A stretch of 64,000 nucleotides of DNA from the NCBI GenBank assembly GCA_963664625.1, contig OY761541.1, positions 2,571,670 through 2,635,669 of the forward strand. Reading direction: 5' to 3'. The DNA comes from Dehalococcoidia bacterium. Its GTDB lineage: Bacteria > Chloroflexota > Dehalococcoidia > Lucifugimonadales > UBA3495. Positions 39,456 through 49,121 of this stretch are shown here, in pieces. Both the position numbers and the translations under genes were made by a program. Within the stretch, counting starts at the first letter, position 1; every line of letters begins with the position of its first letter. The notes under the pieces were generated by a model that worked only from the letters and a program-made list of their open reading frames with translations, was not told where the DNA came from and made no database searches.

Positions 39456-39965
39456 CTACCTCGACCGCGAGCCTTCGTCCAACACTTGGGCGATGAGTTC
39501 TTCATGGGCCTGACGGTCCAGCGAGCGCCGTATGACCCGTTCGGCAGCCGTTATGGCCAAGTCACCGAAGTTTGCGCGCACTTCCTGGATGGCGGCGTCG
39601 CGTTCTCGCTGGATTTCCGAGCGGGCACGCTCTATCATCGCGTCGGCATCGTTTCGGGCCCGTTCCATCTCTTCGCCGCGATACCTTTCAGCCGCCTCAC
39701 GCGCCTGGTCCAAGAGTTGTTGACCCTGCCGCCTGGCTTCGTTCAGTTGCTCTTCGATGGCCTCTCTTGAACTGGACGCTTCCTGCCTGGCTTGGTCCGC
39801 GGCCGAAAGGCTTTCCCTGATCCGCTCGGCTCGTTGGTCCATAACCCGGATCAGCGGCTTGTAGGCGAACAGGAAAAGGATGCCCAGCAGAATCCCGAAG
39901 TTGATCACGTAAGCGATCAGGCTGGGGAGGTTAATTCCCAGTTCGGTAATTCCCAAGAGTATCAT
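39456..39965 (-). CDS. atpF: ATP synthase Fo subunit b
   Basis: N-terminal TM helix plus a long charged coiled coil (EARRQGQQLLDQAREAAERYR...). Operon position supports the call. Confidence 0.85.
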   Translation of the reverse strand: MILLGITELGINLPSLIAYVINFGILLGILFLFAYKPLIRVMDQRAERIRESLSAADQARQEASSSREAIEEQLNEARRQGQQLLDQAREAAERYRGEEMERARNDADAMIERARSEIQRERDAAIQEVRANFGDLAITAAERVIRRSLDRQAHEELIAQVLDEGSRSR

Positions 39966-39966
39966 G

Positions 39967-40227
<261 letters not shown>

Positions 40228-40255
40228 TTAACCTCCTATGAACCGTTTTAAGGTA

Positions 40256-41227
40256 TCAATGCTCTTCGTGGCTGACCGCCACCGATACGAATACCAGAGT
40301 AAGAGAAGCGAATATTACTGCCTGTATCAGTCCCACCAGCAACTCCAAGCCGAACACGAACTCCACCGCCACCAGAGGGACCAGGAATGTGATCATTACT
40401 ACCAGGATCTCCCCGGCGGTCATGTTGCCGAACAGCCGGAAGGTAAAGCTGACCACCCGCACCAGTTCACTGATAAGCTCGAGAAAGCCCACAAAGGCGT
40501 CAATCAGCCCAGTTGGGCGAAGCCGCAACAGGTTGCCCAGGGCGAAAAACTTTTTCAGGTAGCCAAAACCGTTGTACTTGAACCCCCAGTACTCGACGAA
40601 GACGAACGAGATCAGCGCCAAGGCCAAGGGCATATTCAGGTCGGTGCCGGCGGAGCGTATCAGGTGGGCCTTGAGGTGCCCATCCTGCATGAACCCAAGG
40701 AATTGATAGAAGGGCAGCAGCGCCAGCCAAGCATTGAACAGGACAAAGAAGAAGATGGTGGCTACTACGGGGAAGGCCTTTCGCCCTAACTCCGGACCCA
40801 GGACACTAATGCAGAAGTTCAACCCTGTCTCGATGAGTATCTCCACCAAAGCCTGAAATCTGCCCGGGATAATGCTTCTCTTGGCGGAGCCGAGCACGAA
40901 GAAAAGGATAATGACGATAGTGGCGAACCAAGCCGACAGCAACGTGTTAGTCAACGCCACTTGGGTCATGGTCAACGGTATTGCGTGAGGTTTCTCTCCC
41001 TCTTTGACCTCGTGTCCATCGGCGGACGTCAACCCCAAATGTTGGTCTCTGAGAGCTGCGGGGAAAATTGGCTGCGGCGCCAAGTGTATCTCGGGCTTCT
41101 CTATGAAACCGTCGCCTTGGGTCAGGATTTTCTGGCCGATGACGCCTATGATTAGACCGACAATCAACAGGACTATCAGCCCTACCGCGGCCAAAAGCAA
41201 AAGAGACCTGGTGGCGCTGGCCGACAC
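40256..41227 (-). CDS. atpB: ATP synthase Fo subunit a
   Basis: Polytopic. SFTFRLFGNMTAGE contains the conserved Arg motif. Confidence 0.9.
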   Translation of the reverse strand: MSASATRSLLLLAAVGLIVLLIVGLIIGVIGQKILTQGDGFIEKPEIHLAPQPIFPAALRDQHLGLTSADGHEVKEGEKPHAIPLTMTQVALTNTLLSAWFATIVIILFFVLGSAKRSIIPGRFQALVEILIETGLNFCISVLGPELGRKAFPVVATIFFFVLFNAWLALLPFYQFLGFMQDGHLKAHLIRSAGTDLNMPLALALISFVFVEYWGFKYNGFGYLKKFFALGNLLRLRPTGLIDAFVGFLELISELVRVVSFTFRLFGNMTAGEILVVMITFLVPLVAVEFVFGLELLVGLIQAVIFASLTLVFVSVAVSHEEH

Positions 41228-41475
41228 TAATTATCTCCCTTGCTGGTATCCGACCCCGTCGATTTTACGCCGTAGCTCGACAAGAACGGTCGAACCATCT
41301 TATAGAGACCCCAAAAGGCTATCGTGGTGCCCAACACTGCTCCCAATAGAAGAAACAAGACCTTGGTGCCCGCCAGCCGGTCCAGCCATGCTCCACCCGC
41401 CACGCCGATAACGATACACACGGCCACATACCAGCCCAAGCCTGTAAGGCGTAAGGCAAAAGCCCACCACTTCAT
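41227..41475 (-). CDS. atpZ: AtpZ/AtpI-family protein
   Basis: MKWWAFALRLTGLGWYVAVCIVIGVAGGAWLD... is a small two-TM protein at the head of the atp operon. Confidence 0.7.
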   Translation of the reverse strand: MKWWAFALRLTGLGWYVAVCIVIGVAGGAWLDRLAGTKVLFLLLGAVLGTTIAFWGLYKMVRPFLSSYGVKSTGSDTSKGDN

Positions 41476-41496
41476 CCCTGCCGCCAAGCCGCGTGA

Positions 41497-41525
41497 ATAT
41501 TAGCAGGATGCATTTTAAAAGTCAA
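41497..41525 (-). promoter_or_regulatory. Sigma-70-type promoter of the atp operon
   Basis: Minus strand TTGACT-17 nt-TAATAT. Confidence 0.6.
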
Positions 41526-41566
41526 TTGAGCCTCGCTTTACGAATTCCTGCGATTCGGTAACGATT

Positions 41567-41599
41567 ATCGGCCCCGGCATAGACCATGCCGGGGCCGAT
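41567..41599 (-). terminator. Stem-loop terminator candidate after the bifunctional-nuclease gene
   Basis: Perfect 14-bp stem ATCGGCCCCGGCAT / ATGCCGGGGCCGAT with a 5-nt loop. The downstream U-tract is weak. Confidence 0.45.
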
Positions 41600-41623
41600 A
41601 TGAACAGCTAAATCGCCCTTATT

Positions 41624-42184
41624 TCACCTGCCGGGCTGTGACTTGCCGAAGTCCTCCAAGTCCAGAGTGTCAATGAAGTCCGTGAACGCCGACATCCGCC
41701 GAAGCTCTTCTTCGTTTACTTCGGAAGGCCCTTCCGCAACCTGCTGCTCTTCCGCGCCCGGCACTATGGGCTTGCCGGTTTCCTTGTCCAACAGGATGCC
41801 AGCCTTGTCCAACACCGATTCGTCCACGTAAATCGGCACCTGCACCCGTACCGCCAAGGCCACCGCGTCGCTGGGGCGACAGTCTATCTCCGTCGCCGTC
41901 CCGTTGGTCTGCAAGGTTATCTTGGCGTAGAACGTGTCGTTTTGGAGATCACTTACCAGGATGTGCTTGACCGACGCCCCCAACGTGTCGATGACCGTCC
42001 GCAATAAGTCGTGGGTCAGCGGGCGAGGTACGGAGAGGTCCTGGAGTTTGACGGCTATCGCATCAGCTTCGGCCGGCCCGATCCAGATAGGGAGGTAGCG
42101 ATCGGAGTCCTTCTCTTTGAGGATGACTACACGCTGGTAGTTCATCGGGCTCACCCGAATGCTATCGATACTCATCTCCAGCAT
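41624..42184 (-). CDS. Bifunctional nuclease (BFN/DUF151) family protein
   Basis: VVILKEKDSDRYLPIWIGPAEADAIAVKLQDLSVPRPLTHDLL is the family signature. Confidence 0.8.
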   Translation of the reverse strand: MLEMSIDSIRVSPMNYQRVVILKEKDSDRYLPIWIGPAEADAIAVKLQDLSVPRPLTHDLLRTVIDTLGASVKHILVSDLQNDTFYAKITLQTNGTATEIDCRPSDAVALAVRVQVPIYVDESVLDKAGILLDKETGKPIVPGAEEQQVAEGPSEVNEEELRRMSAFTDFIDTLDLEDFGKSQPGR

Positions 42185-42222
42185 TGATGTCGCCTCCGTC
42201 TTTCATCCCTGAGCAGTACCGA

Positions 42223-42252
42223 ATTTTATTCTCCGCACAATTTCAATGTCAA
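42223..42252 (-). promoter_or_regulatory. Sigma-70-type promoter for the BFN gene
   Basis: Minus strand TTGACA-18 nt-TAAAAT. Confidence 0.55.
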
Positions 42253-42327
42253 CCCAGACGGGCGGCCTATACAGGGCCCTAAGGATGTTGCTCAATCAGT
42301 ATGCCAACCGTTCTTATACGAGAATGA

Positions 42328-42350
42328 GGCGGCGTCATATCCACGCCGCC
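42328..42350 (-). terminator. Stem-loop terminator candidate
   Basis: GGCGGCGT-7 nt-ACGCCGCC, downstream of the coiled-coil gene. Poor U-tract. Confidence 0.3.
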
Positions 42351-42386
42351 CCATTGGCTTGAGACAAATTGCAATGTTGGATGGGA

Positions 42387-42875
42387 CTATTCTTCTTTGT
42401 AGTGACCGTTGCTCGCGCTCAACACGGTATCCGGCGCTAGCATGTCGATACCTTTGCGCACTGAGGCCGTGATGCTGTTAAGCTGCCGTTCCAGGTTCCG
42501 AAGACTGTGCAGCGCGTAGGCGTCCGCGTCGGATATTTGTGACCTGGCGGTGTTTTCGGACTGGTGGATCAGCCGTTGGGCCCGTTCCTCAGCATCCGAG
42601 ATGATTTGGTCGGCTCTCTGCTGCGCTTTATTGATGATGTCGTTCTGGTCCAATCGCTCCCGATAGTCGTCCTCGGCTCGAGCCTTGGTGCGCCGGGCGT
42701 CAATAATGGCCTGATTGATGATTTGGTCTTTTTGCGCCAGTACCTCCTGGGCCGCCTTGTACTCTTGAGGTATGGCCAAGCGCAGTTGGTCCACCAACTC
42801 CATCACTTTCGTTTTATCGATAAGAAGGCCGCCGCTCACAGGCACAACCTTGCTGGTGTCGAGTAGGGTCTCCAA
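42387..42875 (-). CDS. Coiled-coil protein (ATP-synthase-b/DivIVA-like charged helix)
   Basis: Long charged helix (AQEVLAQKDQIINQAIIDARRTKARAEDDYRERL...QRADQIISDAEERAQRLI). The TTG start is uncertain. Confidence 0.4.
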   Translation of the reverse strand: METLLDTSKVVPVSGGLLIDKTKVMELVDQLRLAIPQEYKAAQEVLAQKDQIINQAIIDARRTKARAEDDYRERLDQNDIINKAQQRADQIISDAEERAQRLIHQSENTARSQISDADAYALHSLRNLERQLNSITASVRKGIDMLAPDTVLSASNGHYKEE

Positions 42876-42926
42876 CCGGTCAATAACATTTATTATATCG
42901 ATGATGTCCTCCTCACCCGGCCTACG

Positions 42927-43415
42927 CTAGTTCGACGCCGGTGCTCCAAATTTTCGATAGACCGCTTCCGCTACGTAAGGCGGCACCATGCCGGTGATGT
43001 CCCCGCCTAACATTGCTACCTCTTTAATTAAGCTTGAGCTAAGGAACATGTGTTCCTGCGAGGTCATGAAGGAGACCAGGTCCACTTCAGGGGCCAGCTT
43101 CCGGTTCATGATTCCCATGTCAAATTCATACTCGAAGTCCGAACCGCTGCGCAGTCCCCGCACAATGACATTAGCTCCCATGTCCTGCGCAAACCTGACT
43201 ACCAACCCCTCGAATCCTCTTACTTCCACGTTGGGCAACCCCTCAACCGCTTTGGTGAATAGCGCGATACGGTCGTCCGAGTCGAACAACAAGTTCTTGG
43301 AAGGGGTTGCGTAGACACCGACTATCACTTTGTCGAACAAAGCCGCGGCGCGCGTGGCAATGTCCAAGTGTCCGTAGGTTACAGGATCGAAGCTTCCCGG
43401 ATAAACGGCAGTCAA
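42927..43415 (-). CDS. coaD: Phosphopantetheine adenylyltransferase
   Basis: AVYPGSFDPVTYGHLDI (T/HxGH motif), 162 aa. Confidence 0.93.
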   Translation of the reverse strand: MTAVYPGSFDPVTYGHLDIATRAAALFDKVIVGVYATPSKNLLFDSDDRIALFTKAVEGLPNVEVRGFEGLVVRFAQDMGANVIVRGLRSGSDFEYEFDMGIMNRKLAPEVDLVSFMTSQEHMFLSSSLIKEVAMLGGDITGMVPPYVAEAVYRKFGAPASN

Positions 43416-43420
43416 TTTGT

Positions 43421-43972
43421 CTAGGCCTCGTTGCGATAAAAGTCTACGGCGTTGTCGCCATAGCGACGCTGGGAGGTGATCCGCAAGGACCCGTAAGCAT
43501 CCTGAAGTTCCGACCGTTTGGAGTGCCCGGCTACCACCATTCCTCCGACACTCACCAAGCCCGGCGTGGATGCGATGGCGTCTAATACCTCTCCCAAGGT
43601 TTGGAGGCGGTATGGCGGGTCCAGCAGGACCAATTGATAAGGCCCATTGAGTCTGCCCAGGGCCGATTCAACCGAGGTGCAACTGACCTTTGAGAGGTCC
43701 CGAAAGCCAGTGGCATCCAGGTTGGCTTGAATCACGGCGCACTGGCGGCGGTCTTGCTCCACGAAGTCGGCCCACCCGGCGCCTCTGCTAAGGGCTTCTA
43801 TACCCAGGCTGCCCGTCCCGGCGTACAGGTCCAGTACACGCTGGTCCTCATACGTATGAGGCTGAAGGATATTGAAGATAGCCGCCCTCACTCGCTCTGT
43901 GGTAGGCCGGACCGCCTCGGAGGTTGCACCCCTCAGCCGACTGCCTTTGGCCTTGCCGGCTACCACACGCAT
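43421..43972 (-). CDS. rsmD: 16S rRNA (guanine966-N2)-methyltransferase
   Basis: RPTTERVRAAIFNIL, DLYAGTGSLGIEALSRGA, LDPPY motifs. Confidence 0.88.
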   Translation of the reverse strand: MRVVAGKAKGSRLRGATSEAVRPTTERVRAAIFNILQPHTYEDQRVLDLYAGTGSLGIEALSRGAGWADFVEQDRRQCAVIQANLDATGFRDLSKVSCTSVESALGRLNGPYQLVLLDPPYRLQTLGEVLDAIASTPGLVSVGGMVVAGHSKRSELQDAYGSLRITSQRRYGDNAVDFYRNEA

Positions 43973-44130
43973 AACGTTTCCTGTCGGTATTTAAGCATAA
44001 TGTCAATATGGTTACCAAGGAACTGAAATATCGATTTCGACCACTTTAGAGGCCAACGGGAAAACCCTTCCAGCTGCGGCTTGGCGCTGGATGTAATGGG
44101 AATGTTCATCGGCCCGGAAACGGATTCAAG

Positions 44131-44159
44131 TTGACGCTCCTATCTGGCTATGCTACCAT
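44131..44159 (+). promoter_or_regulatory. Possible promoter for ribF-tyrS
   Basis: TTGACG-17 nt-TACCAT. The -10 is weak. Confidence 0.3.
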
Positions 44160-44249
44160 CCGAACGCATCGAATGTTAGAATTTTAACGCCGTTTTCCCT
44201 GCAAAGGTCACGTCTGACGGGGGATGGTACCCACGGAACCTGAGTCGGC

Positions 44250-45188
44250 ATGAAGTTGCAACAGTGCCTTGCCACCGTCGCCCCTGACAGGGATACGATC
44301 GTGACCGTCGGCGTCTTCGACGGCGTCCACCAAGGCCATTGCCATTTACTGAGACGTTTGGTTGAACTGGCCCACCCGCAGTTCCTGCCCACCGTTCTCA
44401 CCTTTGTCAATCACCCGATCACCGTTCTGCAACCCCAGAGTGACGTCCGTTATATAACTACGCCAGAAGAACGGGTGCGCCTGTTGAAAGAGCAGGGAGT
44501 GGAATTGGTGGTGTGCCTTGACTTCACGCAGGAACTTTCCCAAGTTACGGCCGACGACTTTGTCAGCGAAATGGTCAGTGGCTTGAGAATGAAGGGACTG
44601 GTGGCCGGACCGGACTCGGCGTTGGGACGAGACCGGCAGGGAGACTTGGACTTCCTGAAAAGAAAGGGCGAGGAGTTGGGTTTTTGGGTGGATTCGGTGC
44701 AGCCCCTGGAGGTTGACGGCGATCAAGTGAAGAGCCGCCGCATTCGCGGGAACCTGGCCGAGGGCGACGTAGCTACCTGCGCCAAGCTCCTGGGTCGCAA
44801 GTTCTCTCTGGACGGCATCGTAGTAAAGGGTTACCAGCGCGGGCAAACGCTGGGCTTCCCCACGGCCAACCTCCAACCTACCCCACAGATGGCGCTGCCC
44901 GGCGACGGTATATACGCAACCTGGGCAATCATAGATGGCGTTCGCCATCCTTCCGCCACCAGCATAGGCGTCCGGCCCACATTCAACTTGTCCGAAAGAC
45001 TGATTGAAGTATATGTGATGGACTTTGACGACGATTTGTACGACAAGAGGTTGGGGGTGGAATTTGTAAGCAAGTTGCGAGACCAGGAGACTTTTAACAG
45101 CGTCGATGAATTAGTTGTCCAAATTAACCAGGACGTTGCGGACTCCAGAGCAGCCTTGAACGAAGACATGGAGGCCGGTATTGCTTAG
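44250..45188 (+). CDS. ribF: Bifunctional riboflavin kinase / FMN adenylyltransferase
   Basis: TVGVFDGVHQGH N-terminal motif. C-terminal kinase domain GFPTANL...RPT...VEV(Y)..DFD.DLY. Confidence 0.92.
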   Translation: MKLQQCLATVAPDRDTIVTVGVFDGVHQGHCHLLRRLVELAHPQFLPTVLTFVNHPITVLQPQSDVRYITTPEERVRLLKEQGVELVVCLDFTQELSQVTADDFVSEMVSGLRMKGLVAGPDSALGRDRQGDLDFLKRKGEELGFWVDSVQPLEVDGDQVKSRRIRGNLAEGDVATCAKLLGRKFSLDGIVVKGYQRGQTLGFPTANLQPTPQMALPGDGIYATWAIIDGVRHPSATSIGVRPTFNLSERLIEVYVMDFDDDLYDKRLGVEFVSKLRDQETFNSVDELVVQINQDVADSRAALNEDMEAGIA

Positions 45189-46422
45189 CGACGAAGCAAT
45201 AGAGAGGATAACCCGGCGGGGAGTTTCCGACATTATTTCCCGGGAAGAGTTTGTCCGCATGTTGGGCCGGGGCGAGCCTCTCCGGCTGAAGATGGGGTTC
45301 GATCCCAGCCGCCCTGATATTCACTTGGGCCACGTAGTAGGCCTCCGCAAGCTCCATCAGCTTCAAGAACTGGGCCACCAGGTCATATTGATCGTTGGCG
45401 ACTGGACTGCCCAGATAGGAGATCCCAGCGGCCAGTCGGCAACCAGGCCTGTGTTGACTCACGACGAGGTGGTCGCAAACGCCGAGTCATACCTGCGGCA
45501 GTTCTTCAAAGTGGTAGACAAAGACCGCACCCAGGTAGTCTGGCAAAGCGAGTGGTTCGGTAAGTTCAGCTTGGAAGACGTAATCAAGCTTACCGGCAAG
45601 TTCACCGTGGCCCAGTTCCTGGAGCGGGATGACTTTGCCAAGAGGTTCCACGAGCATCGGCCTATTGCGATTACAGAGTTGTTATACCCCCTGCTTCAAG
45701 CCTACGACTCGGTTGTGATTCAGTCCGACGTAGAGTTTGGGGGCACCGACCAGCGGTTCAATCTCCTGGTTGGGCGTGAATTGCAGGAGATGGAAGGGCA
45801 GAGGCCTCAACAGTGCTTCCTCATGCCCATTCTCGTAGGCACCGATGGTGCACAGAAGATGAGCAAAAGCTTGGGGAACTACGTGGGTGTCGAGGAACCG
45901 CCGGGAGACATGTACGGCAAGATAATGTCTCTGCCCGACGAGTTGATCAGGCCTTACTTTGAGTACCTTACCGACATGCCGGATGAGGACCTGACTGCGC
46001 TGGCCCTCGACTTGGAAAACGATGCCGTAAACCCAATGGAGTTCAAGAAGCGGCTTGCCCTGGAGATAACCGCCCAGTTCCACGACCAAGCTGCCGCCGA
46101 TGGGGCGCAAGCCCACTTCGAGCGTGTGGTGCAGGGCCGGGACCTACCTCAAGAGATACCGGACTTCCCCGAGCCGTCGCTGTGGGCAGCTTCTGAAAAC
46201 GAGAACCGCCGCCTTAGCAACATTATCGTGGAAGCAGGCTTGACCTCCAGCGTCGCAGAGGCAAAGCGCTTGATAAACCAGGGAGCTGTTCAAGCTATAG
46301 ACGAAGCCAATGGAGACACGCGCACCCTGGACCGGGACGAGCGGGTATCGGGCCTGGCCCTGCAACCGCGGGTCGTGCTCAAGGTAGGCCGTCGCCGCTT
46401 CGTGCGCTTGGTGGCGAATTAA
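45181..46422 (+). CDS. tyrS: Tyrosine--tRNA ligase
   Basis: TTG start overlapping the ribF end. HLGH (HIGH-type) and KMSKS motifs, plus a C-terminal S4-like domain. Confidence 0.92.
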   Translation: MLSDEAIERITRRGVSDIISREEFVRMLGRGEPLRLKMGFDPSRPDIHLGHVVGLRKLHQLQELGHQVILIVGDWTAQIGDPSGQSATRPVLTHDEVVANAESYLRQFFKVVDKDRTQVVWQSEWFGKFSLEDVIKLTGKFTVAQFLERDDFAKRFHEHRPIAITELLYPLLQAYDSVVIQSDVEFGGTDQRFNLLVGRELQEMEGQRPQQCFLMPILVGTDGAQKMSKSLGNYVGVEEPPGDMYGKIMSLPDELIRPYFEYLTDMPDEDLTALALDLENDAVNPMEFKKRLALEITAQFHDQAAADGAQAHFERVVQGRDLPQEIPDFPEPSLWAASENENRRLSNIIVEAGLTSSVAEAKRLINQGAVQAIDEANGDTRTLDRDERVSGLALQPRVVLKVGRRRFVRLVAN

Positions 46423-46530
46423 ACTGTACTCCTGACATCCGCATTGCGTGCTTGAGTACGATGCGGAGTCTTTCCTGAATGTTCCCATTACAGGTCAAGG
46501 GGTGTTTCATATCCTCGCCGGAGGTGCCCG

Positions 46531-48195
46531 TTGTACTCCCACGAACAGTTGCAACATCTCAGGTCGCGCCTTGCCCAACGACGCGAAAAGAATTCCGCCC
46601 TTGTAGAGCGTAGGAAGGAGTTCAAGACTCCTTCGCAGATACCGGTGAACACGGTGTACACCCCCGATGACCTGTCTGACGTAGACTACTTGCGAGACCA
46701 AGGCCTGCCCGGCGAATACCCCTACTTGCGCGGAGTGCATGAGACGGGTTACCGGGGACGGCTGTGGACAATGCGGATGTTCGCCGGATTCGGCATGGCC
46801 GAGGAAACCAATGAGCGGTTCAAGATGCTGCTCGGCAACGGGGAAACCGGCCTGAGCGTGGCGTTCGACATGCCGACCCTTTACGGTTACGACACCGACG
46901 ATCCAAGGGGCGCAGGAGAGTTCGGCACCTGCGGCGTCGCCGTATCCAGCTTGGCGGACATGGAAGTCCTATTTGACGGCATCAAGCTGGACGATATAAC
47001 CACGTCGATGACCATTAACAGCCCGGCTGCCATCATCTGGGCCATGTTCATCGCGGTAGCCGAGAAACAGGGCGCCGACATACGCCGCATCGGCGGCACG
47101 TTGCAAAACGACATTCTGAAGGAGTTCACCGCTCAGAACGAGTATATCTTCCCGCCTGAGCCGTCGATGCGGTTGGTAGTCGACACGGTGGAATTCGCCA
47201 CCAACCACATGCCCAGGTGGAACCCTATCAGCATCAGCGGTTACCACATCCGTGAAGCCGGGTCTAACGCCACGCAGGAGTTGGCGTTTACTTTGGCTGA
47301 CGGTTTCGAGTACGTGCGTCAATGCGTGGCGCGGGGTATGGACGTCGACGGCTTCGCTCCCAGGTTGAGTTTCTTCTTCAACGTCCACAATAACTTCTTT
47401 GAGGAGATCGCCAAGTTTCGAGCCGCCAGACGCATCTGGGCCCGGGAGATGGCGGAAACGTTCAAGGCGCAGAATCCCCGGTCCGGTTGGCTGCGGTTCC
47501 ACGCCCAGACTTCCGGCGCCAGCCTTACCGCGCAACAACCGGAAAACAACGTGGTGAGAGTTTCCTTGCAAGCGTTGGCCGCAGTCCTGGGTGGCTGCCA
47601 GTCCCTGCACACCAACGGCAAGGACGAAGCTTGGGCGTTGCCGTCCGAGGAAGCGGCTCTTCAAGCCCTTCGGACGCAGCAGATCATCGCCCATGAGACC
47701 GGCGTCACTGACACGGTGGACCCCTTGGGCGGCAGCTACTTTGTGGAGACAATGACCAACCGGATGGAAGAGGGCGCCTACGACTATTTCCGCCAGATCG
47801 AGGACCACGGCGGGGTAATGGCGGCCTTGGAATCGGGTTTCTTCCAGCGTGAGATCGCCAACGCGGCCTACGTTTACCAGATGGAAGAGGACAAGGGCGA
47901 GCGGATAACCGTTGGCGTCAACGAGCACCGGACTGACGATGAACTGGAGATACCGCTGCTCCGGGTAGACCGGGAGGGTGAACGGCGTCAGATTGAAAGG
48001 CTTAACTTGGTCCGCCGCAGCCGCGACAACCGCTTGGTGAAGGAAAAGCTAAGGGCCTTGGAACAGGCCGCCCGAGGATCGGACAACCTGATGCCTCCAC
48101 TGCTGGAAGCGGTCAATGCCTACGCCACCCTGGGCGAAATGATGGACGTTTTCCGGGACGTGTTCGGGGAATATCAGCCGTCATGGGGCTTTTAG
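46531..48195 (+). CDS. Methylmalonyl-CoA mutase-family large subunit (catalytic TIM-barrel part; no B12-binding domain)
   Basis: TTG start after [27 protein letters not shown] and TINSPA motifs. It ends after the barrel at 554 aa. Confidence 0.9.
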   Translation: MYSHEQLQHLRSRLAQRREKNSALVERRKEFKTPSQIPVNTVYTPDDLSDVDYLRDQGLPGEYPYLRGVHETGYRGRLWTMRMFAGFGMAEETNERFKMLLGNGETGLSVAFDMPTLYGYDTDDPRGAGEFGTCGVAVSSLADMEVLFDGIKLDDITTSMTINSPAAIIWAMFIAVAEKQGADIRRIGGTLQNDILKEFTAQNEYIFPPEPSMRLVVDTVEFATNHMPRWNPISISGYHIREAGSNATQELAFTLADGFEYVRQCVARGMDVDGFAPRLSFFFNVHNNFFEEIAKFRAARRIWAREMAETFKAQNPRSGWLRFHAQTSGASLTAQQPENNVVRVSLQALAAVLGGCQSLHTNGKDEAWALPSEEAALQALRTQQIIAHETGVTDTVDPLGGSYFVETMTNRMEEGAYDYFRQIEDHGGVMAALESGFFQREIANAAYVYQMEEDKGERITVGVNEHRTDDELEIPLLRVDREGERRQIERLNLVRRSRDNRLVKEKLRALEQAARGSDNLMPPLLEAVNAYATLGEMMDVFRDVFGEYQPSWGF

Positions 48196-48767
48196 GTGGA
48201 GGTATGTCGTCCATGACCACGTCACGCCCAAAAGTCAGGTTCACTTACAGCGACTATTGCCTGCTCCCCGAGGACAAGCGTTACGAATTGATCGGCGGTG
48301 AATTGTATATGGCCCCCGCTCCCCTAACGAGACATCAGGTCATCTTGCTCAATTTGGTGTTGTTGATCGGGCCTTTTGTCAGGCAACGTAACTTGGGCCG
48401 CTTATTGCCTGCCCCGGTCGATGTCATTTTTTCCGACGAAGATGTGCTCCAGCCGGACCTCATTTTCGTAGCTGCGGACCGGGAAGCAATCGTTACCGAG
48501 CGGGCCTGCGAAGGGGCGCCGGACCTTGTAATCGAGATACTGTCTCCATCCACCGGGCGGCGTGACCGGGAGTTGAAGCGCAAGGTCTACGCCAACTACG
48601 GGGTGAAGGAGTACTGGCTGGTGGACCCGGAAAGCGACTCAGTGCACGTCCTTCGGCTTGGCGACGCAGACTTCACAGACTGCGGTATCTTCCGGTCAGG
48701 GGCCAGTATCACCACACCATTGCTCCCAAGGTTGGAACTCCCGGTCTCCGATGTCTTTGCCCCTTAA
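48183..48767 (+). CDS. Uma2-family (DUF820) endonuclease-like protein (copy 2)
   Basis: [14 protein letters not shown]...[11 protein letters not shown]...[13 protein letters not shown]...[25 protein letters not shown]. The start is uncertain (48183, 48204 or 48213). It overlaps the mcm stop. Confidence 0.8.
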   Translation: MGLLGGGMSSMTTSRPKVRFTYSDYCLLPEDKRYELIGGELYMAPAPLTRHQVILLNLVLLIGPFVRQRNLGRLLPAPVDVIFSDEDVLQPDLIFVAADREAIVTERACEGAPDLVIEILSPSTGRRDRELKRKVYANYGVKEYWLVDPESDSVHVLRLGDADFTDCGIFRSGASITTPLLPRLELPVSDVFAP

Positions 48768-48800
48768 ACTGCGCCGCCGGAAATTCGACAGGGATGCGGA

Positions 48801-48839
48801 GGCCCCGTCCCATTTTTAGATGGACGGGGCCTTGTTTTT
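48801..48839 (+). terminator. Intrinsic terminator
   Basis: GGCCCCGTCC-11 nt-GGACGGGGCC followed by TTGTTTTT. Confidence 0.6.
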
Positions 48840-48863
48840 GACAATATCCAATGGGCCTGTAGC

Positions 48864-48940
48864 TGGTCGGGGCGCCCGGATTTGAACCGGGGGCCCCCTG
48901 CACCCCATGCAGGTGCGCTACCTGGCTGCGCTACGCCCCG
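48864..48940 (-). tRNA. tRNA-Pro (anticodon GGG), CCA encoded
   Basis: Manual cloverleaf fold: acceptor CGGGGCG/CGCCCCG, D arm GCGC/GCGC, anticodon arm CCTGC-ATGGGGT-GCAGG (U33, GGG, G37), T arm CCCGG-TTCAAAT-CCGGG, then ACCA. Confidence 0.9.
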
Positions 48941-49121
48941 ACAAGGTTAGAATATCATACCGGATGTGCGGCTTCAACCAGCACACCCGCACATACTTTT
49001 ATCGTCTCCGCGCTACCCTTGCTACCGGGATAGGCTGTGGGCATAATATGGCAAATTTATCCCCCCGCAACGGCGTGCGCCATGATTGAGCGTTGGGGTA
49101 GTCCTTTGCAGGAGAGTGCTT

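Noticed and set aside
41488-41566. Rex operator (TTGTGAA-N-TTCACAA type) in the atp promoter region or upstream of rex
   Set aside because: I found no such inverted repeat by eye in either region.
44165-44249. FMN riboswitch in the ribF leader
   Set aside because: The leader is too short and lacks the conserved FMN (RFN) element sequence.
48841-49000. tRNA-Pro as an integration site of a genomic island
   Set aside because: There is no integrase, no direct repeat of the tRNA 3' end and no compositional shift next to the tRNA. The flanking genes are ordinary metabolic genes.
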